Shown in pieces: positions 27,580 through 38,708 of a DNA stretch of 64,000 bases. The translations under genes were made by a program, and so were the position numbers. The notes under the pieces were generated by a model. The model worked only from the letters and a program-made list of their open reading frames with translations, did not search any database and was not told the origin of the DNA. Source of the DNA: an uncultured Desulfatitalea sp. (lineage in GTDB: Bacteria; Desulfobacterota; Desulfobacteria; Desulfobacterales; Desulfosarcinaceae). The stretch is taken from NCBI GenBank assembly GCA_963668675.2, contig CAXXMB010000002.1, forward strand, positions 2,944,001 to 3,008,000, written 5' to 3'. Every line of letters begins with the position of its first letter. The stretch's first letter is position 1.

Positions 27580-28416
27580 ATGTCGTTTTCCGGAAGAGAA
27601 ACACAAAAGAGGGTTTGGCAGATAGCAGCTTTTTTTGGGGTCTGCTGGATGATAGCGAGTTGCCTGCATACGAGCCAGCCGTCTGAACCGGTGGTCACGC
27701 CTGCTCCCTGCCCGCCCTGCCCGCCCGATAGGAGCGCTGAACTGGAGAGCCACAATACAGCGCTTGAGGCGGCCTTGGCATCCAGCAAGGAGACGCAATC
27801 GGACCTCGAGCAGGACATTTCCAATTTGAAGCTGCAGGTTCTGGGATTTGAGGCCTTGATCAACGATTTGAGGCGTCGTTCAGATGCTCAGCAGAAAAGG
27901 CTCGATGCGGCCATCATTGAGGTCGTGCGGGCGAAATCCAAATTGCGCAGCCTTGAAAGCAAAGCAGAGGCCGCCTCTGCGCTCGCAGAAGCCGAGATTG
28001 CGGTCAAGGCGCTGAGGAAGCGGGGCGTTTCGGACGATGACGTGACCCGTGAAGAGATTTCGAAAGCCGATCAGCTGCTCTCCATGAGCATCAATGAGTT
28101 CAAGGCCCTCAACTTCGGTGGTGCACTCTACCTGGCGAACCAGGCCAAAGAGCAGGTCCGGGCAGTGCAGGCGCGGGTGGATAAAAAAACGGAAGCATTG
28201 GAGGGGGAGTCTCTCTTTGCGCAACCACTCGAACTTAAAGTGATCAAAGATGACTGCAACTTGAGGGAGGGCCCGGGCCTTTCGTATCAGGTCGTCGGCA
28301 AACTCAGTAAGGATGAAGTGGTCGTGGGCTTCTCTTTCAAGGAGAGTTGGGTGCGCGTGGAAACCAAGGCCGGCCAGAGCGGGTGGGTCTTCCAGTCGCT
28401 GATTGGCGCGCCCTGA
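27580..28416 (+). CDS. Exported coiled-coil protein (possible lipoprotein) with C-terminal SH3b domain
   Basis: IASC lipobox-like motif; NLREGPG...GWV. Confidence 0.75.
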   Translation: MSFSGRETQKRVWQIAAFFGVCWMIASCLHTSQPSEPVVTPAPCPPCPPDRSAELESHNTALEAALASSKETQSDLEQDISNLKLQVLGFEALINDLRRRSDAQQKRLDAAIIEVVRAKSKLRSLESKAEAASALAEAEIAVKALRKRGVSDDDVTREEISKADQLLSMSINEFKALNFGGALYLANQAKEQVRAVQARVDKKTEALEGESLFAQPLELKVIKDDCNLREGPGLSYQVVGKLSKDEVVVGFSFKESWVRVETKAGQSGWVFQSLIGAP

Positions 28417-28426
28417 TGCCCCGCGA

Positions 28427-30259
28427 TCAGGATCCGCTGACCAGTTTCAGGTTGGGTTCCATTTTGCCATTATCGCCTTTTGGTTCACGGCCGCCTTCCG
28501 CTTCGGACAGGACGACACAATTTCTGCCGTTGGCTTTGGCTTTGTAGAGAGCATCGTCTGCTTTGCGAATAATCGACTCCATGTCGATGCCGTCAGCGGG
28601 ATATCCCGCAATACCGATACTGAGCGTCACCGAGATGGTATTCCCGCCGGCGGAAATTTTCAGATTGTCTATGTTTTCCCGGATCCGTTCACCCATGGCC
28701 GCACCGTTTTCGATAGTGCTCTCGGTTAGAATGATCAAAAACTCCTCGCCCCCATAACGGCCGACATAGTCACACTCCCGCACCGATCCTTTTAAGGACT
28801 CGGCCAGCTGGCGCACGACGGTGTCGCCGGTTTGATGGCCATAGGTGTCGTTGATGCGCTTAAAGTAGTCGATATCGGCCATCAAGATGGTCAGCGGGTG
28901 TTGGTATCGTGCGGCCCTGGCCATTTCGTGGCTGCACAAATCCATGATGTGCTTGCGGTTGTAGAGACCGGTTAAACTGTCGGTAATCGAGAGCTGGTGC
29001 AGCACTTCGTTGGTTTTGAGCAATGAGTTGTGCGCTTCGGATATCTCTTCCCTGCCTCGCCTGAGGCTTGCCACCATATGGTTGAACACCTGTGTCAGGT
29101 AACTCACTTCGCTGAGGCCGGTGACCGGAATGTCCACATCCAGGTGGCCGCTGGCTACGCGGGCGGCGCCTCGGCTCAATCTCCTGACCGGGCTGACCAG
29201 GTTATGGCCGAAGATGTAGGCGCATATACCGATGAAGAAGATCAACCCCCCCACCAGCGTGATCGTGATGCGGCGCAACTTGAGAATACCTGCATAAGCG
29301 CTCTGTTTGTCCATCTCTGCCACCATCATCCAACCCGCGGTTGCAATCGGCATGGCCATGCCGATGACCGCTTCTCCGTGACGGCCGACGTAATCCGACG
29401 GTCCGGCGCTGAGATCCATCGCTGTTGAGGCGGCTCTGATCGGGGATAGCAAACCGTTTGGTGATGGAGTTGAACCCGTGGAGCTAACCAGCACCCTGCT
29501 GCCTTCATCGGTCAGATAGATTTCACTGATGCCTTCCATACAGTGGCGTTTAAACATGGCGCGGACAGCGTCGAGGTCGATTTGGGCCACCAGGACGCCC
29601 AGCAACGGTCCGCTGGTTGCATTGACCCCTTCTGCGATCATGATCGATCCGGTGCCGATGTGCGGATCAAAACGGACCTTCGTGCCCATTGGTGGCACGT
29701 TGCGCAGCTGTTCGAGCCAATGCTTCGGTATTCCGGTGGTTTCAGGATTCGCAGAACTGGTTACCACCAAGACGCCTGATGGGTCGAGCAGGGTCAGCTC
29801 TTTATAAAGGCCGAATTTTTCGCTTACAGATTCCAGGTATCCCCTGATGTGATCCAGGGAGACAATGGTTTCGATATTGGACATTTTTTTGTTTTGGGCC
29901 TGGGGCAGATTCTCGGAGATGATATAGGAGCTTGAAAATACCCTTAGGTCATACAATCGCTCCTTCAACCACAAGTCGAACTCTTTTGAGGACTGGTCGG
30001 TGGCATTGCGAAGCTCTTGTGAGATTTTTTCCCTGAGCAGACTGCTGTTCTGGAAGTAGGAGATCACACCCAGTATCAGGGAGGGGGCAATAGTGGCCAA
30101 CAGCGCAAAAACAATGATCTTTGTTTTGATGCTCTGAAGCCGAGAGACCTTGAGAAAAGTGCTCTGGGGCTCGTTTTTCGAATCCAAAATCGCCTCGTCT
30201 ATATCAGTACCCGCAATCCGATCTTTACGGATAGGGTATTTAGCACTGTTTGCGTCCAT
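28427..30259 (-). CDS. Cache-HAMP-GGDEF diguanylate cyclase
   Basis: DIDYFKRINDTYGH, GRYGGEEF, ADDALYKAK. Confidence 0.92.
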   Translation of the reverse strand: MDANSAKYPIRKDRIAGTDIDEAILDSKNEPQSTFLKVSRLQSIKTKIIVFALLATIAPSLILGVISYFQNSSLLREKISQELRNATDQSSKEFDLWLKERLYDLRVFSSSYIISENLPQAQNKKMSNIETIVSLDHIRGYLESVSEKFGLYKELTLLDPSGVLVVTSSANPETTGIPKHWLEQLRNVPPMGTKVRFDPHIGTGSIMIAEGVNATSGPLLGVLVAQIDLDAVRAMFKRHCMEGISEIYLTDEGSRVLVSSTGSTPSPNGLLSPIRAASTAMDLSAGPSDYVGRHGEAVIGMAMPIATAGWMMVAEMDKQSAYAGILKLRRITITLVGGLIFFIGICAYIFGHNLVSPVRRLSRGAARVASGHLDVDIPVTGLSEVSYLTQVFNHMVASLRRGREEISEAHNSLLKTNEVLHQLSITDSLTGLYNRKHIMDLCSHEMARAARYQHPLTILMADIDYFKRINDTYGHQTGDTVVRQLAESLKGSVRECDYVGRYGGEEFLIILTESTIENGAAMGERIRENIDNLKISAGGNTISVTLSIGIAGYPADGIDMESIIRKADDALYKAKANGRNCVVLSEAEGGREPKGDNGKMEPNLKLVSGS

Positions 30260-30587
30260 ATCTGCTGAACGCCGGTTTATGCTCAGAGCGTTAAACCTAT
30301 GCCGCGCACACTCGGGTTGAGTTTATACAAGTATTATGCCACGATTTCGCCCAACTGATTGAAGCTTATGGATTTTGACGGGATGTGATTCGTAACCGGG
30401 TGGCACGCAGGAAAAGTGGATGTTGTCAGGCACACCAAGGCGCCAGGATAGAGTCGGGTTCGTCAATTTCGAGTCGGATTTTTGACAGATTTTGTCACAT
30501 CGTTGCCAGGCGAATGGACCGGCCGGGATTGGGGCTAAACGCTGGCGCGTCATTCTCCCCAATTCCGGCCGGTCACAAAAACAGTGC

Positions 30588-31874
30588 TTATCGCCCCTCC
30601 AGCACCTTCCGGCTGCGCTTGACGGCGCACAGGTCCCCGCACATGGTGCAGACGCTTTCATCGATCGGCTTGCTCGATTCGCGATAGGCCTTCGCCTTTT
30701 CCGGATCGATGGCCAACTCGAGCATGCGTGTCCAATCGAGCTCCTTGCGGGCGTAGCTCATGGCGTTGTCCCAGTCCATGGCATGGGGGATGCCCTTGGC
30801 GATGTCGGCCGCATGGGCGGCGATCCGGGTTGCCACGATGCCCTCCTTCATGTCCTCCAGGTCGGGCAGGCGGAGGTGCTCGGCCGGGGTGACATAGCAT
30901 AGAAAATCGGCCCCGTTGGCGGCGGCCAGCGCACCGCCGATGGCCGAGGTGATGTGGTCGTAGCCCGGGGCCACGTCGGTGACGATGGGACCCAGCACAT
31001 AGAACGGAGCGCCGTGGCAAAGCTTCTTCTCCAGCTGCATGTTGGCGACGATTTCGTTCAGGGGCACATGCCCCGGCCCTTCGATCATCACCTGTACATG
31101 GGCGCGCCAGGCGCGGCGGGTCAGTTCGCCCAGGACGATCAGCTCCTGGATCTGGGCCGCGTCCGTGGCATCGTGCAGGGAGCCGGGGCGCAGGCCGTCG
31201 CCCAGGCTGATGGTGACGTCATAGGCGCGGCAGATCTCCAGCAGGCGGTCGAAGTGCTCGTAGAATGGGTTCTCCGCGTTGTTGGCATCCATCCAGTGCA
31301 GCAGGATCGAGCCGCCACGGCTGACCACATGGGTCATGCGCGGGCTCTGGTGAAGGCGCTGGGCGGATTCCTGGTTCAGGCCGGCATGGATGGTGATGAA
31401 GTCCACGCCGTCTTCGGCGTGCAGGGCGACCGTATCGAAAAAGTCATCCACCGTAATACCGGGTACCTCCTTGCCGTATCGGGCCACGGCATCGTAGACC
31501 GGAACGGTGCCGATCATGACCGGGCTGACCTCCACCGTCCGGCGGCGAAAGGCCTGGGTGTCGCCGAAGGTGCTCAAATCCATGATCGCATCGGTCTTGA
31601 GGTCGATGGCTCGCCGCACCTTGTCCAGCTCCAACTCCACATTGCAGCAGTCTTCCGAAACACCCAGGTTGACATTGATTTTGGTGCTCAACCCTTCGCC
31701 CACCGCCTTGGCTTTGAGGTTGGGGTGGTTCTTATTGGCCGGTATGGCAATGCGGCCGGCGGCAACCCGTTCGAGCAGGTCGGCGCGGTCGATCTTTTCA
31801 TCTGCGATGACCTGTTCCATCTGGGGGGTGATGACGCCTTTGCGGGCCGCTTCCATTTGGGTGGTATAGGACAT
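30588..31874 (-). CDS. thiC: Phosphomethylpyrimidine synthase
   Basis: [32 protein letters not shown]. Confidence 0.96.
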   Translation of the reverse strand: MSYTTQMEAARKGVITPQMEQVIADEKIDRADLLERVAAGRIAIPANKNHPNLKAKAVGEGLSTKINVNLGVSEDCCNVELELDKVRRAIDLKTDAIMDLSTFGDTQAFRRRTVEVSPVMIGTVPVYDAVARYGKEVPGITVDDFFDTVALHAEDGVDFITIHAGLNQESAQRLHQSPRMTHVVSRGGSILLHWMDANNAENPFYEHFDRLLEICRAYDVTISLGDGLRPGSLHDATDAAQIQELIVLGELTRRAWRAHVQVMIEGPGHVPLNEIVANMQLEKKLCHGAPFYVLGPIVTDVAPGYDHITSAIGGALAAANGADFLCYVTPAEHLRLPDLEDMKEGIVATRIAAHAADIAKGIPHAMDWDNAMSYARKELDWTRMLELAIDPEKAKAYRESSKPIDESVCTMCGDLCAVKRSRKVLEGR

Positions 31875-31893
31875 TAGCTTTCCCCTTTTTCTT

Positions 31894-32547
31894 TTATGCG
31901 TTGGCAATGATCTGGTTGAGTTCGCGCACCGTGCCGGCGATGTCCGCCGCACCTACGATCTCTGTCACCAGGGCGAAGCTGCGGGCGCCATGGCGCGCGA
32001 CCTCTGCGATGTTATGTTTTTTTATGCCACCAATGGTCACGATCGGCAACCGTGCCTCCCTTAGGGCGTGGTCCAGGTAATCGAATCCCACCGGATCGAC
32101 CACATCCGCTTTGGTCTGGGTGCTGAAGATGGGGCCCACGCCGATATAGTCAGCCCCCAGTGAGGCGGCCTCACGGGCCTGATCGGACGCATGGGTGGAG
32201 AGGCCGATGATCATGTCGGGGCCCACCAGCCGGCGCACGTCGGGTACGGGCAGGTCATCCTGGCCCACATGGATGCCGTCGGCCTCGCAGAGCATGGCGA
32301 TATCCACGTAGTCGTTGACGATGAAGGGTATGCCGGCTTCGCGGGTTATGCGGCGGATTTCGCGGCACTCGGCTAGCATCTGCCGGTGGCTTTTATTGGG
32401 TCGCTTTTCGCGGTACTGGACGATCGTGACACCGCCTTCGATCATGGCTTGAACCGTTTCGATGTTGGTTCGGCCAGCAGAGAACTGCTCGGCGGTGATA
32501 CCGTAGATGCCATCAGGCAGGATCTTATTGGTGTTGGCTTTACTCAT
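31894..32547 (-). CDS. thiE: Thiamine-phosphate synthase
   Basis: [27 protein letters not shown]. Confidence 0.95.
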   Translation of the reverse strand: MSKANTNKILPDGIYGITAEQFSAGRTNIETVQAMIEGGVTIVQYREKRPNKSHRQMLAECREIRRITREAGIPFIVNDYVDIAMLCEADGIHVGQDDLPVPDVRRLVGPDMIIGLSTHASDQAREAASLGADYIGVGPIFSTQTKADVVDPVGFDYLDHALREARLPIVTIGGIKKHNIAEVARHGARSFALVTEIVGAADIAGTVRELNQIIANA

Positions 32548-33076
32548 AAAAGCCTCCTTTCTCTAAAAGCAGATGCGCCATCATGGCCGCTACCGTGGTT
32601 ACTTTAGACGCGTAGCAGGGGGCCTGGCAGGCATCGGTCCGAAAGTCGCCCATGACGGTGCAGTTGCCCAGACGGCGGATTTCGATGCCCTCCATCGTTT
32701 GGCCGGCCACGCCCGAGGCTGATACAACCGTCAACCCCGCAGTGGCCAACGCTTCGACGAGTTGTTTTTTTGCCCTTAAGTCGTCGAAGCCTTCCACCAC
32801 CGCATCGCAGTCATCGAAGGTGCGGAGCATGCTTTCATCGTCCAGCCGCAGAACGATGCCTTCGATCAGGGCGTCTGGCGCAATGCGTAAAAGGTTTTCG
32901 GTCAGCGCCTCCACCTTCGGGCAGCCGATCTGGTCGTGGAAGTAGAACTGACGGTTGAGATTGCTCTCATCCACCGAATCGAAATCAACGATCTTCAGCC
33001 GGCGAACGCCGCTGCGCACGAGGCAGACGGCTGCGTTGGAGCCGATGCCGCCGGCGCCTGCGATGCCGATTTTCAT
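32540..33076 (-). CDS. thiF: Sulfur carrier ThiS adenylyltransferase
   Basis: MKIGIAGAGGIGS, DFD.V..SNLNRQ; start corrected to 33076. Confidence 0.9.
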   Translation of the reverse strand: MKIGIAGAGGIGSNAAVCLVRSGVRRLKIVDFDSVDESNLNRQFYFHDQIGCPKVEALTENLLRIAPDALIEGIVLRLDDESMLRTFDDCDAVVEGFDDLRAKKQLVEALATAGLTVVSASGVAGQTMEGIEIRRLGNCTVMGDFRTDACQAPCYASKVTTVAAMMAHLLLEKGGFYE

Positions 33077-34188
33077 ACGATCAGATCCCAATCTTTGTAC
33101 ACCGGTTGGTAGCCTTGGGCGGCGATGGCCCGGGCCACCTGCGCCACGCTGCGTTGGTCCGATATTTCGAATTGGGTCGCCTTGCGTGCCACCGGATCGG
33201 CATAGCCGCCCACGCCGGTGCAAGACCCGGCCGAGAAACGGGTGGCCCCCAACCGGATCAAACGATCCCTGAATCGTGCGCTTTCCCGTGTGGAAACAGT
33301 CATTGCAGCCCGGGGCAGAAAGAGGCGCAGGGCCGTCATAAATTGAACGAAAGTGCGGTCGTCGGCCGGGTGTGCCGGTTGGTATCCGCCTTCGGCCGGA
33401 TTGAGGCGCGGTAGTGAGAGCCCGATTTCGGTTTCCAGAAATCGGTCGTCCAGGTAGCGGGCGTGCAGGCCGCACATGAAGACCTCGCGTCGCTTCTCCC
33501 CAAGCCCTACCAGGGGGCCGATGCTGACACTCCGGAAACCGGCCCGGGCGCCGCGCTCCGGAGCGTCCAGACGATAGCGGTAGTCGGTTTTGCGCCCGGC
33601 CAGATGGACCTGCCGGTAAGTGTTGCGGTCGTACACCTCCTGGTAGAGGGTCAGGCCGTCCACACCTGCTATTTTCAAGCGTCGGTAATTCGCCTCATCC
33701 ATTGGAAATACCTCGATGGAGACCGAGGCGAAGTAGTTTTTAAGCAGGCGCACAGCCGCCTCGATGTAATCCATCGAGGTCGTTTCGTGCGCCTCGCCGG
33801 TGAGCAGCAGCAGATGCTGCATGCCGGTACGGGCGATGGCGCGCGCTTCGGTTTCGATCTCTTCCAAAGTGAGTTTGGAGCGGTCGATGGCATGCGTCCT
33901 GTTGAAACCGCAGTAGAGGCACTGGTTGCTGCAATAATTGGAGATATAGAGCGGAATGAACAGCTGGATGGTGCGACCGAAATACTGCACAGTCAGTCGC
34001 TGGGCCTTTTGTGCCATGGGTTCCAGGAATGCCGCCGCCTTTGGGCTGAGCAGACAAAGAAAATCTCTGGCCCCCAACTTCTCTTTCTCCAGGACGTTTT
34101 TCACATCCTTTTTCGCCACCCGGGCGAAGAAGTCATCGAAGTCGAAGCCGTCGTACTTCTCTACGATGTCAATAAATGAGGTGTTCAA
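33073..34188 (-). CDS. thiH: 2-iminoacetate synthase (radical SAM)
   Basis: PLYISNYCSNQCLYCGF, YQE.Y, STRE, QFEISD.R. Confidence 0.95.
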   Translation of the reverse strand: MNTSFIDIVEKYDGFDFDDFFARVAKKDVKNVLEKEKLGARDFLCLLSPKAAAFLEPMAQKAQRLTVQYFGRTIQLFIPLYISNYCSNQCLYCGFNRTHAIDRSKLTLEEIETEARAIARTGMQHLLLLTGEAHETTSMDYIEAAVRLLKNYFASVSIEVFPMDEANYRRLKIAGVDGLTLYQEVYDRNTYRQVHLAGRKTDYRYRLDAPERGARAGFRSVSIGPLVGLGEKRREVFMCGLHARYLDDRFLETEIGLSLPRLNPAEGGYQPAHPADDRTFVQFMTALRLFLPRAAMTVSTRESARFRDRLIRLGATRFSAGSCTGVGGYADPVARKATQFEISDQRSVAQVARAIAAQGYQPVYKDWDLIV

Positions 34189-34217
34189 AGAGACGCTTCC
34201 TTTTCTTGTAACCTATT

Positions 34218-34994
34218 TTATAGTTCATCCAGAAACCCCGTCAGTGGAGACGAGGCCTGGGCTATCCGGCTCTCTTCGGCCAGCTTGGCCAGATAGGCCA
34301 TCCGGCCCGCCTGCACGGCCAGAGAGAAGGCCCGGCCCATGGCAACCGGATCCTCGGCTGTGGCGATGGCTGTGTTGACCAACACCGCATCGGCCCCCAT
34401 CTCCATTGCGGCTGCAGCATGGGACGGCCGGCCAATGCCTGCGTCGACGACGACCGGCACGGTGCAATTCTCAATCAGAAGGGCGATCAACTCGGCGGTC
34501 TGCAGGCCCCGGTTCGATCCGATTGGGGCTCCCAAAGGCATCACGGCTGCGGCCCCGGCATCCTCCAGCCGTTTGGCCAGCGGCAGATCGGGGAGCACAT
34601 AGGGCAGCACCACGAACTCTTCATGAGCCAGGATTTCAGTGGCGGCCAGGGTTTCGTAGTTGTCGGGCATCAGGTACTTGGTGTCGGTGATCACTTCGAT
34701 CTTGATAAAACGGCCACACCCTGCCTCCCTCGCAATGCGAGCGATGCGCACCGCTTCAGCGGCGGTACGGGCACCCGACGTGTTGGGTAGCAGGTTGACC
34801 GTTTTGGGGATGTAATCCAATATGTTGTCGGATCTGCCGGCCATGTCGATGCGTCGCAGGGCAACGGTGATCATCTGCGATCCGCTGGCGGCCAGCATAT
34901 CCGGGATGCGGGCATCGTCGGCAAATTTGCCGGTGCCAGTGAAAAGGCGGTTGGTAAACTTAACTCCACCGATGGTCAGTGCGTCATCTTTCAT
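34218..34994 (-). CDS. thiG: Thiazole synthase
   Basis: [31 protein letters not shown]. Confidence 0.96.
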   Translation of the reverse strand: MKDDALTIGGVKFTNRLFTGTGKFADDARIPDMLAASGSQMITVALRRIDMAGRSDNILDYIPKTVNLLPNTSGARTAAEAVRIARIAREAGCGRFIKIEVITDTKYLMPDNYETLAATEILAHEEFVVLPYVLPDLPLAKRLEDAGAAAVMPLGAPIGSNRGLQTAELIALLIENCTVPVVVDAGIGRPSHAAAAMEMGADAVLVNTAIATAEDPVAMGRAFSLAVQAGRMAYLAKLAEESRIAQASSPLTGFLDEL

Positions 34995-34998
34995 GTCA

Positions 34999-35196
34999 TC
35001 AACCTCCACCCACGAAACTGAGCAGTTCCAGAGTATCGCCCTCGGACAGCCGAATATCGGCCCATTCGGGCTGTTTTACGATCATTAGATTGTGTTCGAC
35101 CACCAGGCCCTCGACTCGCAGGCCCTTATGCTGAACCAGTTGTTCGATGGTGCAGGGGGCGATCGATTCGACCGTCCCGTTAATCGTCACTTCCAT
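34999..35196 (-). CDS. thiS: Sulfur carrier protein
   Basis: MEVTING...FVGGG C-terminus. Confidence 0.95.
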   Translation of the reverse strand: MEVTINGTVESIAPCTIEQLVQHKGLRVEGLVVEHNLMIVKQPEWADIRLSEGDTLELLSFVGGG

Positions 35197-35213
35197 ACAA
35201 GGCTCCCTTTCAG

Positions 35214-35256
35214 AAAAAACCAAAAGCCGCATGCCTGGGCAAAGGGGGCAGCGGCT
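35214..35256 (-). terminator. Riboswitch expression-platform terminator
   Basis: AGCCGCTGCC...GGCATGCGGCT followed by TTTGGTTTTTT. Confidence 0.6.
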
Positions 35257-35289
35257 CTCTGAAAAAAACGGCGTCGGCTTTTATCAGCT

Positions 35290-35370
35290 CGCTTCCCTTC
35301 GCCGGTATTACCCGGATCAGGTTCTAAGGGTTGGAGAAGATCCTCTCAGCGTGAACCGCACCCCTAGCGT
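35290..35370 (-). promoter_or_regulatory. TPP riboswitch
   Basis: AGGGGTGC...GCTGAGAG...ACCCTTAGAACCTGATCCGGGTAATACCGGCGAAGGGAA upstream of thiS. Confidence 0.95.
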
Positions 35371-35825
35371 ATGTTCCATGTTCCACCTATAGGGAAGTGG
35401 GTTTGGTTTGTCAACTGAATCGGTGCATCGATTGAAATGGGGGCTTTTCTTGTGCCGTCAAGGGGCAAGGCTTTTAAGCAGTATTACAAACACCTCTGTG
35501 GCGTACAGTGGCCAGAAAGGATACGCATGGATACACAGCTGCATACCGAAGGTCTGCTTGTGCGCCGGGCGGTATTTTTATTCTTCCTACAATCGTGCGG
35601 CGTCCGTATTCCGGAGATCCGACGAGGCGCTCCTTCCTGCGTTTATGGAGTGGGAAGAAGATACAGTGCTGTGGGGATCAAACTTTTTTGCCGACAGGAA
35701 TTGGGCCTTTAGGCCCGTGTAATGATGGCGCTTGGGTAGTAAAAGAGGCTGCCTTTGTCAATGTTTTTTTCTATCGAAGCCGTCTTTTTTGCTTTTGGTG
35801 AGAAGAGTTTGCGATATGTAGTGCA

Positions 35826-36752
35826 TCAATAGGCAAGGCGAACCAGCACGATGCCCAGCATGGCGAGGGGATAGTAGCTCGCCTTGTTGAACAGGGCCAT
35901 GGCCAGTTGCCGCTGCTGTTTTTTTGCCAGCAGGAGGGCCGGGTGGAGCAGGAGCAGGACGTTGACGGCTACCACCACGATCATTGGCAGGATGCCGAAG
36001 GTGAGCGGTGAGACCCACAGCAGGAAGATGTTGAGAAAGAGCGTCGCCACCAGGCAGGCCACGATGACCATCATCGCCCGACGCAGACCGAGGCGCACGG
36101 GGATGGTCTGCGCTTTGAAACGGCGATCTTCTTCTATATCGGTCCAGTCGTTGGGAATGTTCTGGCCGCCGATCTCCCAGGCGAAGAGCCATGCGAAGAG
36201 GGCTATCAGAAACAGGGGCGATGGTGAGGGGGCTACGGCGAAGACGGCGGCGACGGAGCCGAGCGTTTTTACAGCCCCGTTGATTATTGCCCTTATCGGG
36301 GTGACCTGCAGGAGTTTGCAGTAGAGCCCTTCGAGCACGCAGCCGGCCAAGAACAGATAGAGGCACACCGGGTTGAGCCAGTAGGCACCGGCGACGGCCA
36401 CAAGGGACCAGCCCAGCGTCCAAGCCAGACCGGCGCGGAAACTCAAGGCGCCCTTTGCCATGGGGTGGCGCATCATCACCCCATCCATATCCAGGCAGTC
36501 GTCATCATCTCTGCAGGCGCCGATGTCGACCTTCTGTTTATCCGTTCGCAGATCCACCAGATCGTTGAGTGCATAGACGGCCGTATAGCCGGAAAATACG
36601 GTGATCATTCCGACCACGACCACCGGCAGCTCCGGGAAATGGCCTAAGCAAAGCAGCGCCGCCAGGGCCGGCGCGGCCATATCGATCACACCGTGGGGGG
36701 TCCGGGAGAGGGCAAAGAAGAGTTTGAGACGGTCCTTTATCGTTGTTGTCAT
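35826..36752 (-). CDS. UbiA family prenyltransferase
   Basis: NDLVDLRTD and NDWTDIEED Asp-rich motifs; multiple TM segments. Confidence 0.88.
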   Translation of the reverse strand: MTTTIKDRLKLFFALSRTPHGVIDMAAPALAALLCLGHFPELPVVVVGMITVFSGYTAVYALNDLVDLRTDKQKVDIGACRDDDDCLDMDGVMMRHPMAKGALSFRAGLAWTLGWSLVAVAGAYWLNPVCLYLFLAGCVLEGLYCKLLQVTPIRAIINGAVKTLGSVAAVFAVAPSPSPLFLIALFAWLFAWEIGGQNIPNDWTDIEEDRRFKAQTIPVRLGLRRAMMVIVACLVATLFLNIFLLWVSPLTFGILPMIVVVAVNVLLLLHPALLLAKKQQRQLAMALFNKASYYPLAMLGIVLVRLAY

Positions 36753-36842
36753 ATATGATTCCGGTCGTTTCGCGTTGAGGTCCAGGCAGGCATATCGAAC
36801 TTTGCTGCAATAGTAAATACGGCATGGGGTTTAAAGCCGATT

Positions 36843-37550
36843 TTACCCGAGGGCGGTCCACGCTTCGGCGATTAGGGAGGCCCCCATGCCGATCATGATG
36901 AGGCCGGCAATGAGTTCGGTCTGCACTTGATAGCGCCGCAGCAGGCGGGTCAGTCCGGTGCCCAGCAGCAATAGACTGGGCAGGGTGCCCAGACCGAAGC
37001 TTGCGGTCAATGTGGCCCCGCTGACCAGGCCGCCGGCGGCCAGGGCTCGGGAAAAGGCACCGTAGGAGAGGCCGCATGGCAGGAGGCCGAGCATAAGGCC
37101 CATGCCGAATAGCCAGAGGACGTTGCGACGGTCCATGGAGCGTTTGAAGACGGCGTCGTATCCGGGAATTTTCTGGGGTGTGGCCACGGCCATCCATGTC
37201 GGCTCCTTCAGCAGGCCGATGCGGCTCAACCCCATGAGCAGCAGGCATAGGGCGGCGAACAGGGAGAGGGTGATCTGCATGCGCGTGGTCCAGGCCAGGG
37301 CCGCTTGGGACGATCCGCCAGCCAAGTGCACCAGCCCCTGGTTGATACCGCCCAGCATTGCGCCGACGGCACTGTAGGTGAGCAGGCGGCCCAGGTGGTA
37401 GATACCATGGGCGGACCAGCGCCCATAGCGTCCGGGAAGGGCGATAATCAGTGGGCCGCACATGCCCAGGCAATGGCCGGATCCGAGCAGACCGAGCAGA
37501 AACATGGATAAATGGTCGATTCCAGCGTCCAACGGCCGGTTTCCTCTCAT
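36843..37550 (-). CDS. DsbD_2/TauE-like membrane protein (cytochrome biogenesis or metal-related)
   Basis: HCLGMCGP and GLLPCGL motifs; FGLGTLP. Confidence 0.85.
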   Translation of the reverse strand: MRGNRPLDAGIDHLSMFLLGLLGSGHCLGMCGPLIIALPGRYGRWSAHGIYHLGRLLTYSAVGAMLGGINQGLVHLAGGSSQAALAWTTRMQITLSLFAALCLLLMGLSRIGLLKEPTWMAVATPQKIPGYDAVFKRSMDRRNVLWLFGMGLMLGLLPCGLSYGAFSRALAAGGLVSGATLTASFGLGTLPSLLLLGTGLTRLLRRYQVQTELIAGLIMIGMGASLIAEAWTALG

Positions 37551-37809
37551 TGGGTTCAGCAGAATGGTTCTTTATAGACCAAAACGAGTAGAGTGGCCAG
37601 ATGACTCTCGGCGAGGCCCCTTGCGGCGGTGCCGTTGGGTTCGTTATAGCAGACATGGTTCAAAACCAGGTTTGCAGCTTGAAGCTGCGCCTAAAAATCG
37701 TTAAGGTAAAGTTTCGATCTGTAAAGAAACCCAATAGCGATAACCTGGCCGCTTGGTTGCGGCAGGAGAGTCTCCCAAAATGCAACATGCTTACCCGGAA
37801 AGGAGGCGT

Positions 37810-38379
37810 ATGTTCGAAAGACGATTTCTAAGGGGTGGAATGGTGTTAATGGTCGCAGCGCTTCTGGCGATTCCTGTGGCTGCAGTGGCAGGATCACATG
37901 GTCAGCACCACTCTTCGCCCGGGCAGGGCCCCCATCCGGCCCTCAAGTCCGTTGATGCGAACGGTGAGATGCAGCTCAGTGATCAGGACCGCTGCCCGGT
38001 GTGCGGGATGTTTCCCGCAAAGCGGCCCAAGAGCGCAGCGGCCATGGTACTCAAAGATGGCCGTACATTCTATTTTTGTGGCAACGGGTGTCTGTTGCGT
38101 ACTTGGCGTTATTCAGACCGCCATTTGAAGGAGCCAGCCGATGCAATCCAACGGATGGTAGTGCGGGACTACTTCAGCGGCGCGCCTCTGGATGCGGAGA
38201 AGGCCTGGTGGGTGGCAGGATCGGATGTGATCGGTCCCATGGGCCCGGCGCTGGTGGCCCTACGGTCCGAGCAAGAGCTGGCGCGTTTCAAAGAGCGCCA
38301 CGGTGGCCGAAAGGTGTTCCGGCTGAGCGAGATGGACGATGCCCTGTGGGCCGCTCTTTTCCCACCGAAGCACAAGTAA
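37810..38379 (+). CDS. nosL: NosL family metal-binding exported protein
   Basis: Signal peptide; CPVCGM, FCGNGC, GSDV.GPMG, F..RHGG. Confidence 0.85.
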   Translation: MFERRFLRGGMVLMVAALLAIPVAAVAGSHGQHHSSPGQGPHPALKSVDANGEMQLSDQDRCPVCGMFPAKRPKSAAAMVLKDGRTFYFCGNGCLLRTWRYSDRHLKEPADAIQRMVVRDYFSGAPLDAEKAWWVAGSDVIGPMGPALVALRSEQELARFKERHGGRKVFRLSEMDDALWAALFPPKHK

Positions 38380-38406
38380 TCCGGCACGTCAATCTAGGCA
38401 CTTGAT

Positions 38407-38700
38407 ATGGAAAAGATGATGAGAGAGGCCCGTCTGCTCGTGGCGGCGGCACTCGTGCTGCCGCTGGCGGTCCTGGCTGCCATCGCTCTGGACGTGTCCC
38501 TGCGTTCCGATTGTCAAGACCGCATCGCTCGCCAGTGGATGGGGGCTCTCAATATATCCTCACCCGCCCTCTGGCCGGCCGGTACGGTTCAGCGCTCCCC
38601 CCAGGCACTGCCCCCGGGAGTGGGAATACGCATGAGTCCTCTGTTTGATTGGGACCGCGACGGACGCATGCAGCCGTCGCCCCTCACAGAGTGGAGATAA
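38407..38700 (+). CDS. Small membrane-anchored hypothetical protein
   Basis: N-terminal TM; P.G...R.P motif; operon position. Confidence 0.65.
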   Translation: MEKMMREARLLVAAALVLPLAVLAAIALDVSLRSDCQDRIARQWMGALNISSPALWPAGTVQRSPQALPPGVGIRMSPLFDWDRDGRMQPSPLTEWR

Positions 38701-38708
38701 CCGTTACC

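Noticed and set aside
32540..33475. 311-aa ThiF
   Set aside because: The extension overlaps thiH; homology begins at MKIGIAG (33076)
35527..35712. Small ORF MDTQLHTEG... with an SD-like GAAAGGA
   Set aside because: No recognisable motif; cannot be supported without homologs
37695..37805. Riboswitch upstream of nosL
   Set aside because: Some hairpins, but no match to c-di-GMP, cobalamin or Moco consensus that I can recognise
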